Assembly (NCBI GenBank): GCA_964019425.1
Contig: OZ025783.1
Location: forward strand, 806,001-870,000
Origin: Flectonema sp. DT1601
Taxonomy: Eukaryota
Direction of reading: 5' to 3'
Length of the DNA stretch: 64,000 nucleotides
A program made the translations under genes and the position numbers. Shown in pieces: positions 26,019 to 38,503 of the stretch. The notes beneath the pieces were generated by a model, which was not told where the DNA came from, searched no databases, and saw only the letters and a list, made by a program, of their open reading frames with translations. How positions within the stretch are numbered: position 1 is the first letter of the stretch; each line of letters begins with the position of its first letter.

Positions 26019-27454
26019 CGAACTCACATTTATTTCTGATGAGTATTGCCTTCAGCAGGTAATCTCCTGGCAGCTCTGTACTTACTACACTTCAGCTCGC
26101 GTACGATACCTTTGAAAACACTTTTAACTGTGAAATTACAGATGCTGTTGCTTATTTTTGTGGATCCATCCGCACCTGTACCCCCACATCATTATTATCT
26201 CAGTAACCGCGACGTAAAGTATCAATGCAATGCTAACCAAAGCCTCTTCCTATTTTATCGTGAACTAATTTAGTTTCCCTTAGCTTGGGCTGCTTGTAGA
26301 AAGCAACAGTTGAGTCAATTTGGATCTTCTAAAGAAACAACTAATAAACAAAAACAAAAGAGAAGGGGAAAAGAAAAAGTAAGAACATGTGAAAATGGAA
26401 AACCTTATTATTACTTAAGAGTTTGATTTGGTGGTTGGTGTGTAGTAAATCACTATTCAGGAGATGATGTCCCCCACCCCTTATTTCGTGAACAGAAAGA
26501 ATTAGAGGCGCGCGCTTCTTTTGTTATTATTCTTGAAACCGTGAAACCTAACACTTGGCTAGGATTTCAATTCTATCTGAGACCGATTTAACCTAAATGT
26601 AAAAAGTTAGTTTGGTTTAGTTTCAGCGACGCAACAAAAAGCACGGAGAGCAAAAGGGGAGAACGAAATTGTGTGAACTGGAATCTAGCGGATTAATTAT
26701 ATTTCCTTCCATACAAAGGTGTGGATGAAAAAAAAACAAATAACCAAAAGTGAGACCCAACAGATATTTCAGAGTACTCAAGCTACTTTTAAATAAATCG
26801 TATCCTTAGTTGATATGTATAGGTAAGTAGTGTCCTTTTGAGATTTTTCTGTTTAGTCAGATATATTATTTATGTGTCTTCCCCCTCAATTCTGTTGTGA
26901 TTTGTTTTCCAGGTGTAGTCTTTTCTTTTAACTAACCTGACCGCAGATGGTCTCTGTGTTTGTCACTGTTCAGTTATTTATATTAAAAGCATAAGCGATT
27001 GGTTTGCATCAATCAAATATTACACGAAGGAGATAGGCTGAATGAGAGTAATGACTTTCTAGTTATTCATTGCAAGAACTCGATTCCCAAGACAAGGTGA
27101 AGAGAGGTTTTCTTTGCTTCACCTTTACAGCTTTACGTGCCAACGTGAAAGTGTCAAACCTTTTGGGAAACCTAACTAAGTAGTTGAGTTGTTATGCTGG
27201 CGTTCGTTGCATTACTTTATATCGATATTTGACGTTATTTTATCCCCTGAACTGCGAGGAGGCCGCAACCGTTCGTAGTTTTCTCTTTTCCACTTTGTTT
27301 AAATAATATTTCGTTTTTTTTCTCTTTTAAAAAAAAAAAAAGATTCCTTCGTTACGTTTTGTCTACCTGAGTTCCTTTTCTGCGTACTACTATGGCATTA
27401 GATTATGGGAGGCGTTGGCTTACTTACTTACTCCCTCCACTCAGATTCATAACA

Positions 27455-30357
27455 ATGACGTGTTCTACATATATTACGTTATTAGCAGCATTGATTATAT
27501 CTGTTTCAGGGTCGATAGATGTTGGTGACACGGTACGATTGAGTGCAGATGAGTATACGGAGTTGTATAAGAAGGCTTTTCAGAAGGATGAAATGACTTC
27601 AAAGTTAGAAAAGATAAATGAAGAAAAGCAGCGGATGAAGAAAGAGGCGCACCAACAAGAAATTGAGATGATAAGAAAAATATATGCAAAGAAGTGGGTT
27701 CAGAATAATATAGTAGTAGACACTCCAACATGGCTAACAGAACAGGGTGTAGTTTTATCACGAAGTAATAATCACGGGAACTGGATGCCTCTGCATAGTT
27801 CGATAACTGCTACATGGAACCACACAGCTGGTACATCATCTCCTGCTATCTTTAATTTTGATGTATATTTTCGAGTTTACTCCAAGAAGTGGACAGTAAT
27901 TCCGTATGTGTTTATCCTTTAATGACATCAACAGGTTTAGAAACCCTTCTCTCAGTTCATTACTAAGTGCATGTGATAACCCCTCTGTCTACTCCTCGTT
28001 GTTGTGACTGCAGGGCGGAACTTAGTCTTAGTCCGACTATTGCTGCCTTCTCTTTAACTGCTTATATACAAACATAACAAACACAACACAGCCTCCTAAA
28101 CGCTGGAGTTGTAACTTCAGACTGGAAACTCGGATATTCTCAAGAAGATGCTGTTGACTCTGACGTGTTATTAGAAATGATTGAGAAAGGTATTTATACT
28201 TTAGACAACAGTAACCCTTTAGGTGATATGTCTCAGTCTCATAAGGAATATCAAAAACTGAACGAAGATGTAGCAGAGATGGTCTCTAACTGGGTAGGAT
28301 GGTCAGCAAAAGAAGAAACCTGTCTTTCGAGTGAACCACATATGCAACCGACTAGCATCTACCACGACGTCAAAAATGCCAAGTTTAAAAAACTTAAAAG
28401 CACTGACGCCATGTTTCTTGTTGCAGACTACAGTGAGAATGATGATAAAGGTAGTGATCAACAAACACACGTATTATCAGCTAAGAGGCCAGGCATTTAC
28501 AAGGTATCGTTCTCAAAGTATGCTACGGTACGCTCCTTGAGTAAGATTAAACAAGATGCCTATTCTCTATCACTCAGCAATATCTACTTCCCGTTGGGAG
28601 AAATCGATCTTAATATTTTCTATGAAGGAAGTGAACGCATTCATGACTTTTCTTCAACACCAATCAGCTATCAGAACATTACAGAAGTTAGTAACGGTGC
28701 GAAGATAAAGGTTCGATTTCCTATGTCTCGCAGTATTGATATGAAATGGAGAAAATCGACCCCTGCGAACATCCAACAGGAGGAAGCAGCTAATAATAAA
28801 ACTGCTACAACGAAAACAACCCCCGAAGCACATGAAGAACGACCTGTCATCTCTCCTGTTACTGTCAGACATGATGCTCTACACTCTGTTGAAGAGGGGA
28901 ATTTATTTCAGTCAATTCACTTTTTGAAATATAGTTTAGACAGTGAGCAGGCTAGTTTCACTGAAACTACTGCCAGGATATATCCGAAAACTTCACGAGT
29001 GACGTCTGTTGCAGCTCATGGATTGAACACTTGGAGTGTACGTCCAGGAGCATCCAATGAATCCTTTTCTGTATTGAGTTTAAGTTTTAGCGGAGCTATT
29101 GCGGACACTATATTAGTTCAGATTGGAATAGAAGTAGACTACGGGGATGATACATCTGACAAACAACACATTTCAGTCCCAAAACTGGTTTGTGAAAATG
29201 TAATTCGTCAAACTGGTTACTACGCAATTTCAAAAGCATCCAACATAGAACTACACCAGAAGAGTCTACCCAGAGGAATTAATAGGATTGGTATTAAAGA
29301 CTTATCAGAATCACTTAGATATAAAGCATCAAGTGGAGCACCACTTGTGTTAGCATACAAATATTTAAGTACTTCTGCATTAGTAAAAGGTGACAAGGCT
29401 GGGTCGGATCCGGAGCTTATACTCACAGTTAAGGCACATGAGCAGATGGCAATTCTTGACGCAATCTGTGAAAATGCATTCTATAAAACTACCGTAATGG
29501 ATAATGGTCGTTCAGTTCACAAGTTTTTAATTATAGTTCAAAATACAAAAGAGCAGTATTTAAGAATCCACAACCTCCCTTCGAGTATGAAAGTTTGGAG
29601 TTTAAATGTGAACTCAGTAAGTGTGAAACCAGTTTTACTCGGAGACAATAATTCTAAATCACCTAAATCATTGCTTATTCCTCTACTTGTAGGTCTTCCA
29701 TCTGATGCAGCAACAAGTAGTAGAGGACCACCAAAGACATCAGTAGAAATTGTATACGCATCCGAAAACGATTTCTTAACTAAACAAACTGATACAACTC
29801 AACAAACATACGCCTATCAGTCTAGAGCCACAGAAGATACCATGGTGAGAGTTATGCACTTAACTCCTCCATTAATCGGATCTATTCCGGTAGAGTATTT
29901 GAGTGTGATGGTTCAATTCCCGGAGGGTTATGATACAGTCTTCTCATCGACTTCAAAGAAACAAGCCAAGAATGAGCTTCCTAAAGCTTTAGAAAAATTT
30001 GTTAGTGAGAATGACATTCCAGGGACGAGTGCCAGTATTGTCGGTCCTCTAGTGCGGGGATTTACAAAGAAGCTTCCGCTTCCTATTTCACATCGCAAGG
30101 GGAAAAAAGTTGTTCCAAATGACTACTACTTTTCTGAACACGAAGATGGAATGGATGAATCAGGTTCTGGTTCTGAAGGTCTCAATATTGAGTTTGAAGA
30201 CTCTGGAATCGTCCATCGCTTTCAGCGAACACTTCTAGAAAATGAGGCAGCTGTGCTCACTGTAGCTTACCAAAAGTCCCCAGAAAAGAAGAAAGTTATT
30301 CCTCCTCCACAGTGGTGGGAATCAGCACTCGCTTACGTTAAATCGATCATTTCGTAG
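27455..30357 (+). CDS. Hypothetical secreted protein, 904 aa, 2 exons
   Basis: Exons 27455-27903 and 28092-30357; intron 27904-28091 (GTATGT...CAACACAG). Splicing joins ORFs 27392 and 28165 in frame (WTVIP|LLNAGVV). The N-terminus MTCSTYITLLAALIISVSG looks like a signal peptide. Confidence 0.8.
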
Positions 30358-31082
30358 CCTTTCTGTTTTTTAAAATAATTCTCTTAAGCAATTTCCTTGA
30401 ACTTCTTTAGTCATGTGCCTTGTTCGACTTAGCACTTGCCGATACTTGTTTGACGCAAGCGATCGCATTTGTATTGTGCTTAGGTTTCTGTTTTTTTTCT
30501 CTCTTTATTTTTTTTTTTTTGTATTATTAGTATCCGTCACTGAGTATCATATTCTGTTCTTATCGTGAGACAGAAGGTCCTCATTTTAAAAACAACGATC
30601 ATCAATATAGTTCCTCTTTATACAGACATGTTCCTGGTGTCTGATTTATCTTTTTTTTCATTCAATTTATTATTAATAGTAAGTAAAGACTCTTAGTCTC
30701 TTGTCTCTTATATATTAATAGTATAAGTTCTTCTAGCTGTAAATGGCTTGAAAAATAATTTTTTTTAACTTGGGGTCACTATTACTGAAGTGTGTAACTT
30801 CTTGTAAATATCTTGTAAGCAGAAACCTATTCTTTTTGCGGTTTCTTAACACAAATTTATCATCACAGTGTTATATTACCTATTTTCTGTATTAGTTAAC
30901 CCCGACTTAAAACTATTTGTCTTCTATTGTTTTTTTTCTCACTGACTCACTGAATGAGTTATCAGGAAAAAGTCATTTGATGCAGCGCTACCATACTAAC
31001 TCAAGCAGTTGCTTGAAACAGTAAATTAGTTTGTTTGTTTTGTTCATTTTCTTTTAAATTTCAACAGTTTTCACAAAAACAG

Positions 31083-33941
31083 ATGTCGACGTATGCAACA
31101 GACTCAGATATTCACTTTTGGGGAGAAGATGGTGTCTGGCCGATAGTGTTAGCAGTGTCGGTTTATTGTTATGTATTTGGAGGAGGATACGTCTACCACG
31201 CGAAGAGGTTCTACCGAAAGATGTCAGTTCTGATTCGTATGGAATCACCGAGGATAAATTCATGTCTCTTAACTGTGTGGAAAGTTATCGGTCCTGTTTG
31301 TAGAGCAGTGTTAAGATTCTCATTTAGTTGGATTATGACGAGTTATGAGAAATATGAAGCACTTCCAATGCACATTAAGGGAAGAAAGCCTTCAATGGAA
31401 TATCGCGGTACTGAAATATCGAATAAGATTAAAAGAATTTCTAGGAAGTCATCAGTTCCTCGTCAAGCAAGCAAATCATCTTCTGTTTACGCAAAAGATG
31501 ATCTCAGCTATCCAATTACACCACAAACAACAGTTAGTGTTACATCAAGTAAGCCTTTAGATTATCAAAGGCAAGGATTTCGACCAATACCAGAACAGTC
31601 TAACTTTAGCAGAATTCTCCCAACTACTTGGACCTACCGCGATATGGAACAGGCAGTTCGCACTCCTGCCAAGGCAATTGCTCAGAAATTAGCTGCGTTC
31701 CTCCCTTCAAGAAACGATCCAAAACCTGAAAAAACCCGCCCAAAGCGAATTGTTAAACAGCACCTCGACATGAATGGCGAAGAAGTCGCTCCAACTCCAT
31801 TCCCAGCGATGAAGAAATTTAATAAATCGAAGACTCAGGCGGCAAAGTGTCCGTCAAGTGATGCCGAGCAGGGCAAGTTCGCCGTTCAACCTGCTCCTGT
31901 TCCTATTCCATTCCGTGAAGACAGAGAAATGACGAAAGAAGAAACCGAAAACATCTCTCGCCAGATGGAAGTTATGAAAAACGATAACACCACAACTGAA
32001 CAGAAGAATGACGAATCTGAGAATTGGAATCAGCAACATCAGCACATGTTGTTAGTGATGCAGCAACAACAACAACAAATTCAACAACAGCATGAACAGT
32101 TGCAGCAGCAGGAAATTCAAAAGCAGCAGCAACTACAACAGCAGCAGGCACACCTTCAGCAGATGGCTCAACAAGCTGCTACCCAGGCTGCTCAAGCCCA
32201 AGCCCAAGCGCAGGCACAGGTGGAGGCGCAAGCTACTGCACAGGCCCAGGCACAGCAGCAGCGTGTTGCTCTTGAACAGCAACAGATGCAGCAGCAACAG
32301 CAACAACAACAGCAACAGATGCAGCAGCAGCAGCAGCAACAACAGCAACAGGAGCAGTTGCAACAACAACAGATGCAGCAACAGCAGCAACAGCAACTTA
32401 TGCAGCAACAACAGCAGCAGCAGTTTATGCAGCAACAGCAGACGCAGCAACAACAGCCACAGCAGAACCAGTGGTCTAACCCGTACGGTACCCAAGAAAA
32501 GGAAAACCGCCTCGCTAACCAATTTGCATTTGAGTCAAAGCCGGCAGCTGCTACCGGATTTGGATTTGGAGCACAAAACAGGTCGTCGTCACTTGGAAAC
32601 AAGCAAAATATCGCCAACAACAGATTCCCAAATAGCAGACAAGCAGCATGGGATGACATGGCGGTGAAGAGTAATTCTTCGAATCCTTTTGGGAGATCAT
32701 CGACTAGTGGGTATGGTTTAAATGGACAGCAGGCTGGGTTTGGAAAATCGCAACAAAGCAACACGTGGGAAGACCAACAGGTTCGCACCAACTCAGGAAG
32801 TAATGGTTCGAATATGTTTGGTGGATATTCGGCAAAGCCAACGAATGCGTATTCTTCTACTTTCCCAAAGAGAGAACCAGCAAGAGCTCCATGGGAAAGC
32901 TCAGCAGCAACTAGAAGTTCAACGTTTCCGGAATACAACAGGCAATCAACACCTCAAACTGAAACGAAGTCGTTTTCTAGTTTTGGAGGCGGATTTGGTG
33001 GAGGACGAAAGAGCGATTCATTCATTGGATCATCAGCAGCTAGTACTAACCCGTTTGGACCTCAAAGGGCGACTACAGCCAACGCAAGCACTAGAAGACC
33101 TAACAATTCCGCCCACTCACCATTCAGATTCGGAAAGAACTTCTCACTTAAAGATATAGACGGAGACTCAACAGCCACTACAAACACGAGACGTCCTTTC
33201 GCATCATTTCGAGAGCGAAGAGATGCCGTGAAGACCAACGGAGCTGAGCAGCGACGTAACGCTTCTTCTCAAGCGTTCAAAGCCTTCATTGACTTGCGTA
33301 GAAAGAAGACGATGCAAGATATTAAAGTAAACAACAATGTTGGAATGGACTCAGTTGTGGTTGAAAAGAAGCAATCTGTTGCGATGACCTTCGATATGAC
33401 TTCTCCTGACATCGGTACGGGACGTCCTTCAGTTCCACCTAACCAGCGAGGATGGAATTCAGATGATGTTTCACTGTCACCTGATATTTATGTTCCGCAG
33501 CATCAGAGGGAAACATCTGTCGATGCTGAAAAGTTTTTGGGAATAACGAGAAGGGGAACTTCTGGTTTGAAGAGCTCATCGCAAATGATTTCCGACTTTT
33601 CGAGATTATCTGATCAAGTAATGAACAGCAACAACAGAGGTGGATTAACAAACCGTCAAAACCAATCAAGGTACATGAGACCACCAGCAGTTCCAAGTAA
33701 GAATAGAAATCCTTTTGATTCTGCTCTTAACCCATCGCCTATGACTCGTACTCCTGTTTCTCGTAGTATTTACACAGATCCGATTGGAAGTCTTAGTCCA
33801 GTTGTTGGTAGGAGAGTGTCTCCACTTCGCATTCCAATGTCCCCTAGCACTCCAGAGAGTTATAATATCCAACAACAACCTGGAACTACTAAAAGGTTAA
33901 CCACACAGAATGTCTTTAGTCGGGGATTAGATTTTAACTAA
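31083..33941 (+). CDS. Low-complexity protein with N-terminal TM helix, polyQ tract and FG/NPF-rich tail, 952 aa
   Basis: Long open frame; hydrophobic VWPIVLAVSVYCYVFGGGYVY; Q/A-rich block; three NPF and about nine FG dipeptides. The first ATG (31083) directly follows CACAAAAACAG. Confidence 0.8.
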   Translation: MSTYATDSDIHFWGEDGVWPIVLAVSVYCYVFGGGYVYHAKRFYRKMSVLIRMESPRINSCLLTVWKVIGPVCRAVLRFSFSWIMTSYEKYEALPMHIKGRKPSMEYRGTEISNKIKRISRKSSVPRQASKSSSVYAKDDLSYPITPQTTVSVTSSKPLDYQRQGFRPIPEQSNFSRILPTTWTYRDMEQAVRTPAKAIAQKLAAFLPSRNDPKPEKTRPKRIVKQHLDMNGEEVAPTPFPAMKKFNKSKTQAAKCPSSDAEQGKFAVQPAPVPIPFREDREMTKEETENISRQMEVMKNDNTTTEQKNDESENWNQQHQHMLLVMQQQQQQIQQQHEQLQQQEIQKQQQLQQQQAHLQQMAQQAATQAAQAQAQAQAQVEAQATAQAQAQQQRVALEQQQMQQQQQQQQQQMQQQQQQQQQQEQLQQQQMQQQQQQQLMQQQQQQQFMQQQQTQQQQPQQNQWSNPYGTQEKENRLANQFAFESKPAAATGFGFGAQNRSSSLGNKQNIANNRFPNSRQAAWDDMAVKSNSSNPFGRSSTSGYGLNGQQAGFGKSQQSNTWEDQQVRTNSGSNGSNMFGGYSAKPTNAYSSTFPKREPARAPWESSAATRSSTFPEYNRQSTPQTETKSFSSFGGGFGGGRKSDSFIGSSAASTNPFGPQRATTANASTRRPNNSAHSPFRFGKNFSLKDIDGDSTATTNTRRPFASFRERRDAVKTNGAEQRRNASSQAFKAFIDLRRKKTMQDIKVNNNVGMDSVVVEKKQSVAMTFDMTSPDIGTGRPSVPPNQRGWNSDDVSLSPDIYVPQHQRETSVDAEKFLGITRRGTSGLKSSSQMISDFSRLSDQVMNSNNRGGLTNRQNQSRYMRPPAVPSKNRNPFDSALNPSPMTRTPVSRSIYTDPIGSLSPVVGRRVSPLRIPMSPSTPESYNIQQQPGTTKRLTTQNVFSRGLDFN
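32061..32465 (+). repeat. Coding CAG/CAA (polyQ, QA-rich) repeat
   Basis: Mixed CAG/CAA runs encoding QQQQ.. and QAQAQA within the 31083 ORF. Confidence 0.95.
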
Positions 33942-34863
33942 TAACAACCTCAGTAGGAATTACCTTCTGTCTGAAGGCTTGTTTCATTCTGATTCAAATT
34001 TGTTTCTTATATTATTTCATATTATTGTGTCAAAAAAAAAAAAAAAAGAATTTTAAGAAATAAACGAAAAAAACAAGAAAAATAAAAAAGAATTATACCG
34101 AACGGAACATTTTAATATTTAAAAAAAAAAGGTGGGAAATACCTTACTTAGACAGAAGGACATGGATGCACAACAAATAAGGAACTTGGCAAACCAATTC
34201 GCTGGGTCAAGTCAGTGCTACTTGTTTTTCCCTCTCACTTACATAGATTTTTTTTTTTTTTTTTTTTTGCTCCCCAATGTCCCTCACAAAAAAAAAAAGC
34301 TTATTATCTGCTGCGTTGCTTGGGTGGAATTGTGTTGCAATTTCCAAGCTCACAGATCCACACAGTGGTTCAGAAGAGTTGTTGTAGAAAGCATCGCAGC
34401 TTTTATTAGCCTGTTGTCATACATAAGATTGGTTCCCCCTACTTCTTTCTTTTTCTTTTCTCTTTTATAACAACATAGATTTCCCTTTCTCTTGGCCACT
34501 GCGAACTGACGCAATTAATGTAAAGATAGCAATAGTAATGAAATATGAGTTTACGTACCGTCTTTGAGGTATAAAAAGGAAGAAGTACGTACTGTAGTCA
34601 TTTTAGATTTCAGTTTGTAGTCCGTTTGTTCAAACAGAAGACAGAGAGCAGCCATTTACTTATTTTCTGTTTTCTTCACTGTGACTTTACAGGCTGCGGA
34701 GTACTGTTAGAGTTGTGTCGGAATACCTGACACAGATACTTTGTTTTGATCTCTGAGGTAGCCTCAGAGTATAGCCGCCCCGCCCCCTTTTTAGATGTTT
34801 TTTGTTTCTTTTTACTTCTCTTGATTGTCATTTCTGCCGTTTATACGATAAGTGAGTAGGTGA

Positions 34864-36355
<1,492 letters not shown>

Positions 36356-36758
36356 GTATCGATTCTGATTTAAAATTTTATCCTCTCCCTTTCTTCTTTT
36401 TCTACTTCGTCCAAATCATTGGGCCAAAGCAACCATTATAGTCAACGAAATGTTGAAAACACGTTATCTTACGACTTCTTCCTTAGTTTTTTTTTTCCTT
36501 TTTCTTTTTTATTGCACTTTTTCTTCATCGGCACGCTGCGCTCGATTACAAAAGAGCACCCCCATTTGACTTAGAATCCTGCGGATTGTGAATTCCTCAT
36601 TTCTTATTTATTAAAAAGTTGACAACGCGGATTATTATTAATTTATTTCATTCATTCAGGGACATTAGATTACCGACAACAATATATTAAAAAAACAAAA
36701 GTAAGCTGAAAAGGATTCCATTATTTATAAAATCTATTCAGTCAGACGTTATAATAAA

Positions 36759-37589
36759 ATGGGTCAGGTGGCGGCGAAGTTAAAAGATCTCTTCTCAGGG
36801 AAGAAGAGTCTAGAACTCTGCCTAGTTGGATTAGAGAACAGTGGTAAGACTACATTGTTAAACATCTTGTCTGTTGGACATGCTGTAGCAACAATGCCGA
36901 CAGTTGGTCTCAATGTGAAAGCGGTAACAAAAGGTGGTGTGATGATGAAAGTGTGGGATTTGGGTGGTCAAGAAAGATTCAGAGCCGAGTGGGCAAGATA
37001 CACTCAAGGCTGTGATGTAATCTTATACGTGGTTGATAGTAATGATGTATGTATTTATCTTAAATAAAAAATTTAATAATATTTATTATTAAGTACCAAC
37101 ACAACCAAACAGTTTGAACGTATCCACATCGCAAAGCGTGAGTTACACAAGCTACTAGGAGACCGTAACCTTCACGGTCTCCCACTTCTTGTTGTACTCA
37201 ACAAGACTGATCTTGATCCTCACATGAAGAAGGAAGAGGTTTGTATTAATATTCTTTTTTTCGGTAGTGATTATCTTCTTCAACAAATAATAACTAAACA
37301 GGTTATTAAAGACATGAACCTCGGTTACATTACTGAGAATGAATGGATGGTAACTGAGATCAGGTTTGTTTTATTTATAAAAAGTGAAATAAATGTAAAC
37401 AACAACACAACACAACACAACACAACACAACACAACACAACACAACACAACACAACACAACACAACACAACACAACACAACACAACACAACACAACACAA
37501 CACAACACAACACAACACAACACAGTGCTCAGAAGAAGACGAACATCAACGAAGTTGTTGACTGGCTTGCCAAGCACGCTAAGAAATAA
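36759..37589 (+). CDS. Arf-like small GTPase, Arl8/Arl18 group, 179 aa, 4 exons
   Basis: G1 GLENSGKT, G2 PTVG, G3 WDLGGQ, G4 NKTD, G5 ISA. Exons 36759-37046, 37113-37238, 37302-37363 and 37526-37589 join in frame (540 nt). Confidence 0.93.
37406..37525 (+). repeat. (CACAA)23-CACAG microsatellite forming the 3' part of Arl intron 3
   Basis: Perfect pentamer array 37406-37520, then CACAG whose AG is the splice acceptor. Confidence 0.97.
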
Positions 37590-38503
37590 GATGCTAATTC
37601 ATGATATTTATTTTATATGTTATTTTCATCTCATGATACGTAGCACTTACTCCACATTAACTCCTTACATTTAGCTTTATTGGTATAAAGTGTTACCCTC
37701 CTTTTGCAGGTTGTATTTTTAGAAAGTGTTGACACCAAATGCAACAACCCCACACTTGTCTTTTTATCAGCACTTTGTTTGGTATGAAAAAAGGAAACAA
37801 AACTTCGCCTTAAGTGGTGTTGGAGTACCCAACGGCGTGCTCAGGTTATTAATAAAGGAAATAACCGCTCTTGCCTCTTGCGCCAGCTTCGTTTCCTTCA
37901 CAATTACCCTAGCCAATGTCGGTTTTTTCTTGTTTTTCTTTATTTATTTATTTCTTTTTTTTTTTTTTTTTTAAAGCAGAAGCGGTGTGAAAAAATTAGA
38001 ATAAGACTTAAGTGAGGTACTCTGAGTCGCTTCGAGATCTGATTTTCTATTGTCCTTTTTTAAGAAAATGAAAAAGACATGAGCGGAGAACTAGTTGATC
38101 TGTGTGATGTGATGAGAAAAAGTCATTTTCGATCTGCTTACTTTTTTCTTTTTGTGTTTTCCCCTTTCGTTTTCACTTATTTTCTCTTTTTTTGTGGTAT
38201 ATTTCTTTACTGCATTATTTTTTTCTTTTTGTTGAAACCTTGTTTTTTTTTTTCTTCTTTTTTTTTTTTTTTTTTTTGTAATTTGTCCTTCTTCCCCTTG
38301 TTTCTCTCGGATCCCCCAGACCAACCTTTTGGTGAGTGAGAGTGAGTGTCAACCTGCTGTGATGACTACGGATTGAACCCTACTGTGTTATACTTCTTTC
38401 TATTAAACAGCAACGAGTCCGGAAAAACAATAATTCTTCAGGACATCACTAGTGAAGGATAGCCAACCTATTTGTTTTCTTTCAGGCCCTGAAATGCTCC
38501 TAA

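Noticed and set aside
32092..32938. Poly-Cys, poly-Leu and poly-Ser/Asn ORFs
   Set aside because: Alternative-frame and antisense shadows of the CAG/CAA polyQ tract.
37406..37520. CRISPR array or telomeric repeat
   Set aside because: Simple spacer-less pentamer in a eukaryotic intron; not TTAGGG-like.
37224..37589. ORF with HNTTQ repeats and antisense LCCVV repeats
   Set aside because: Read-through of Arl introns 2 and 3; the repeat is an intronic microsatellite.
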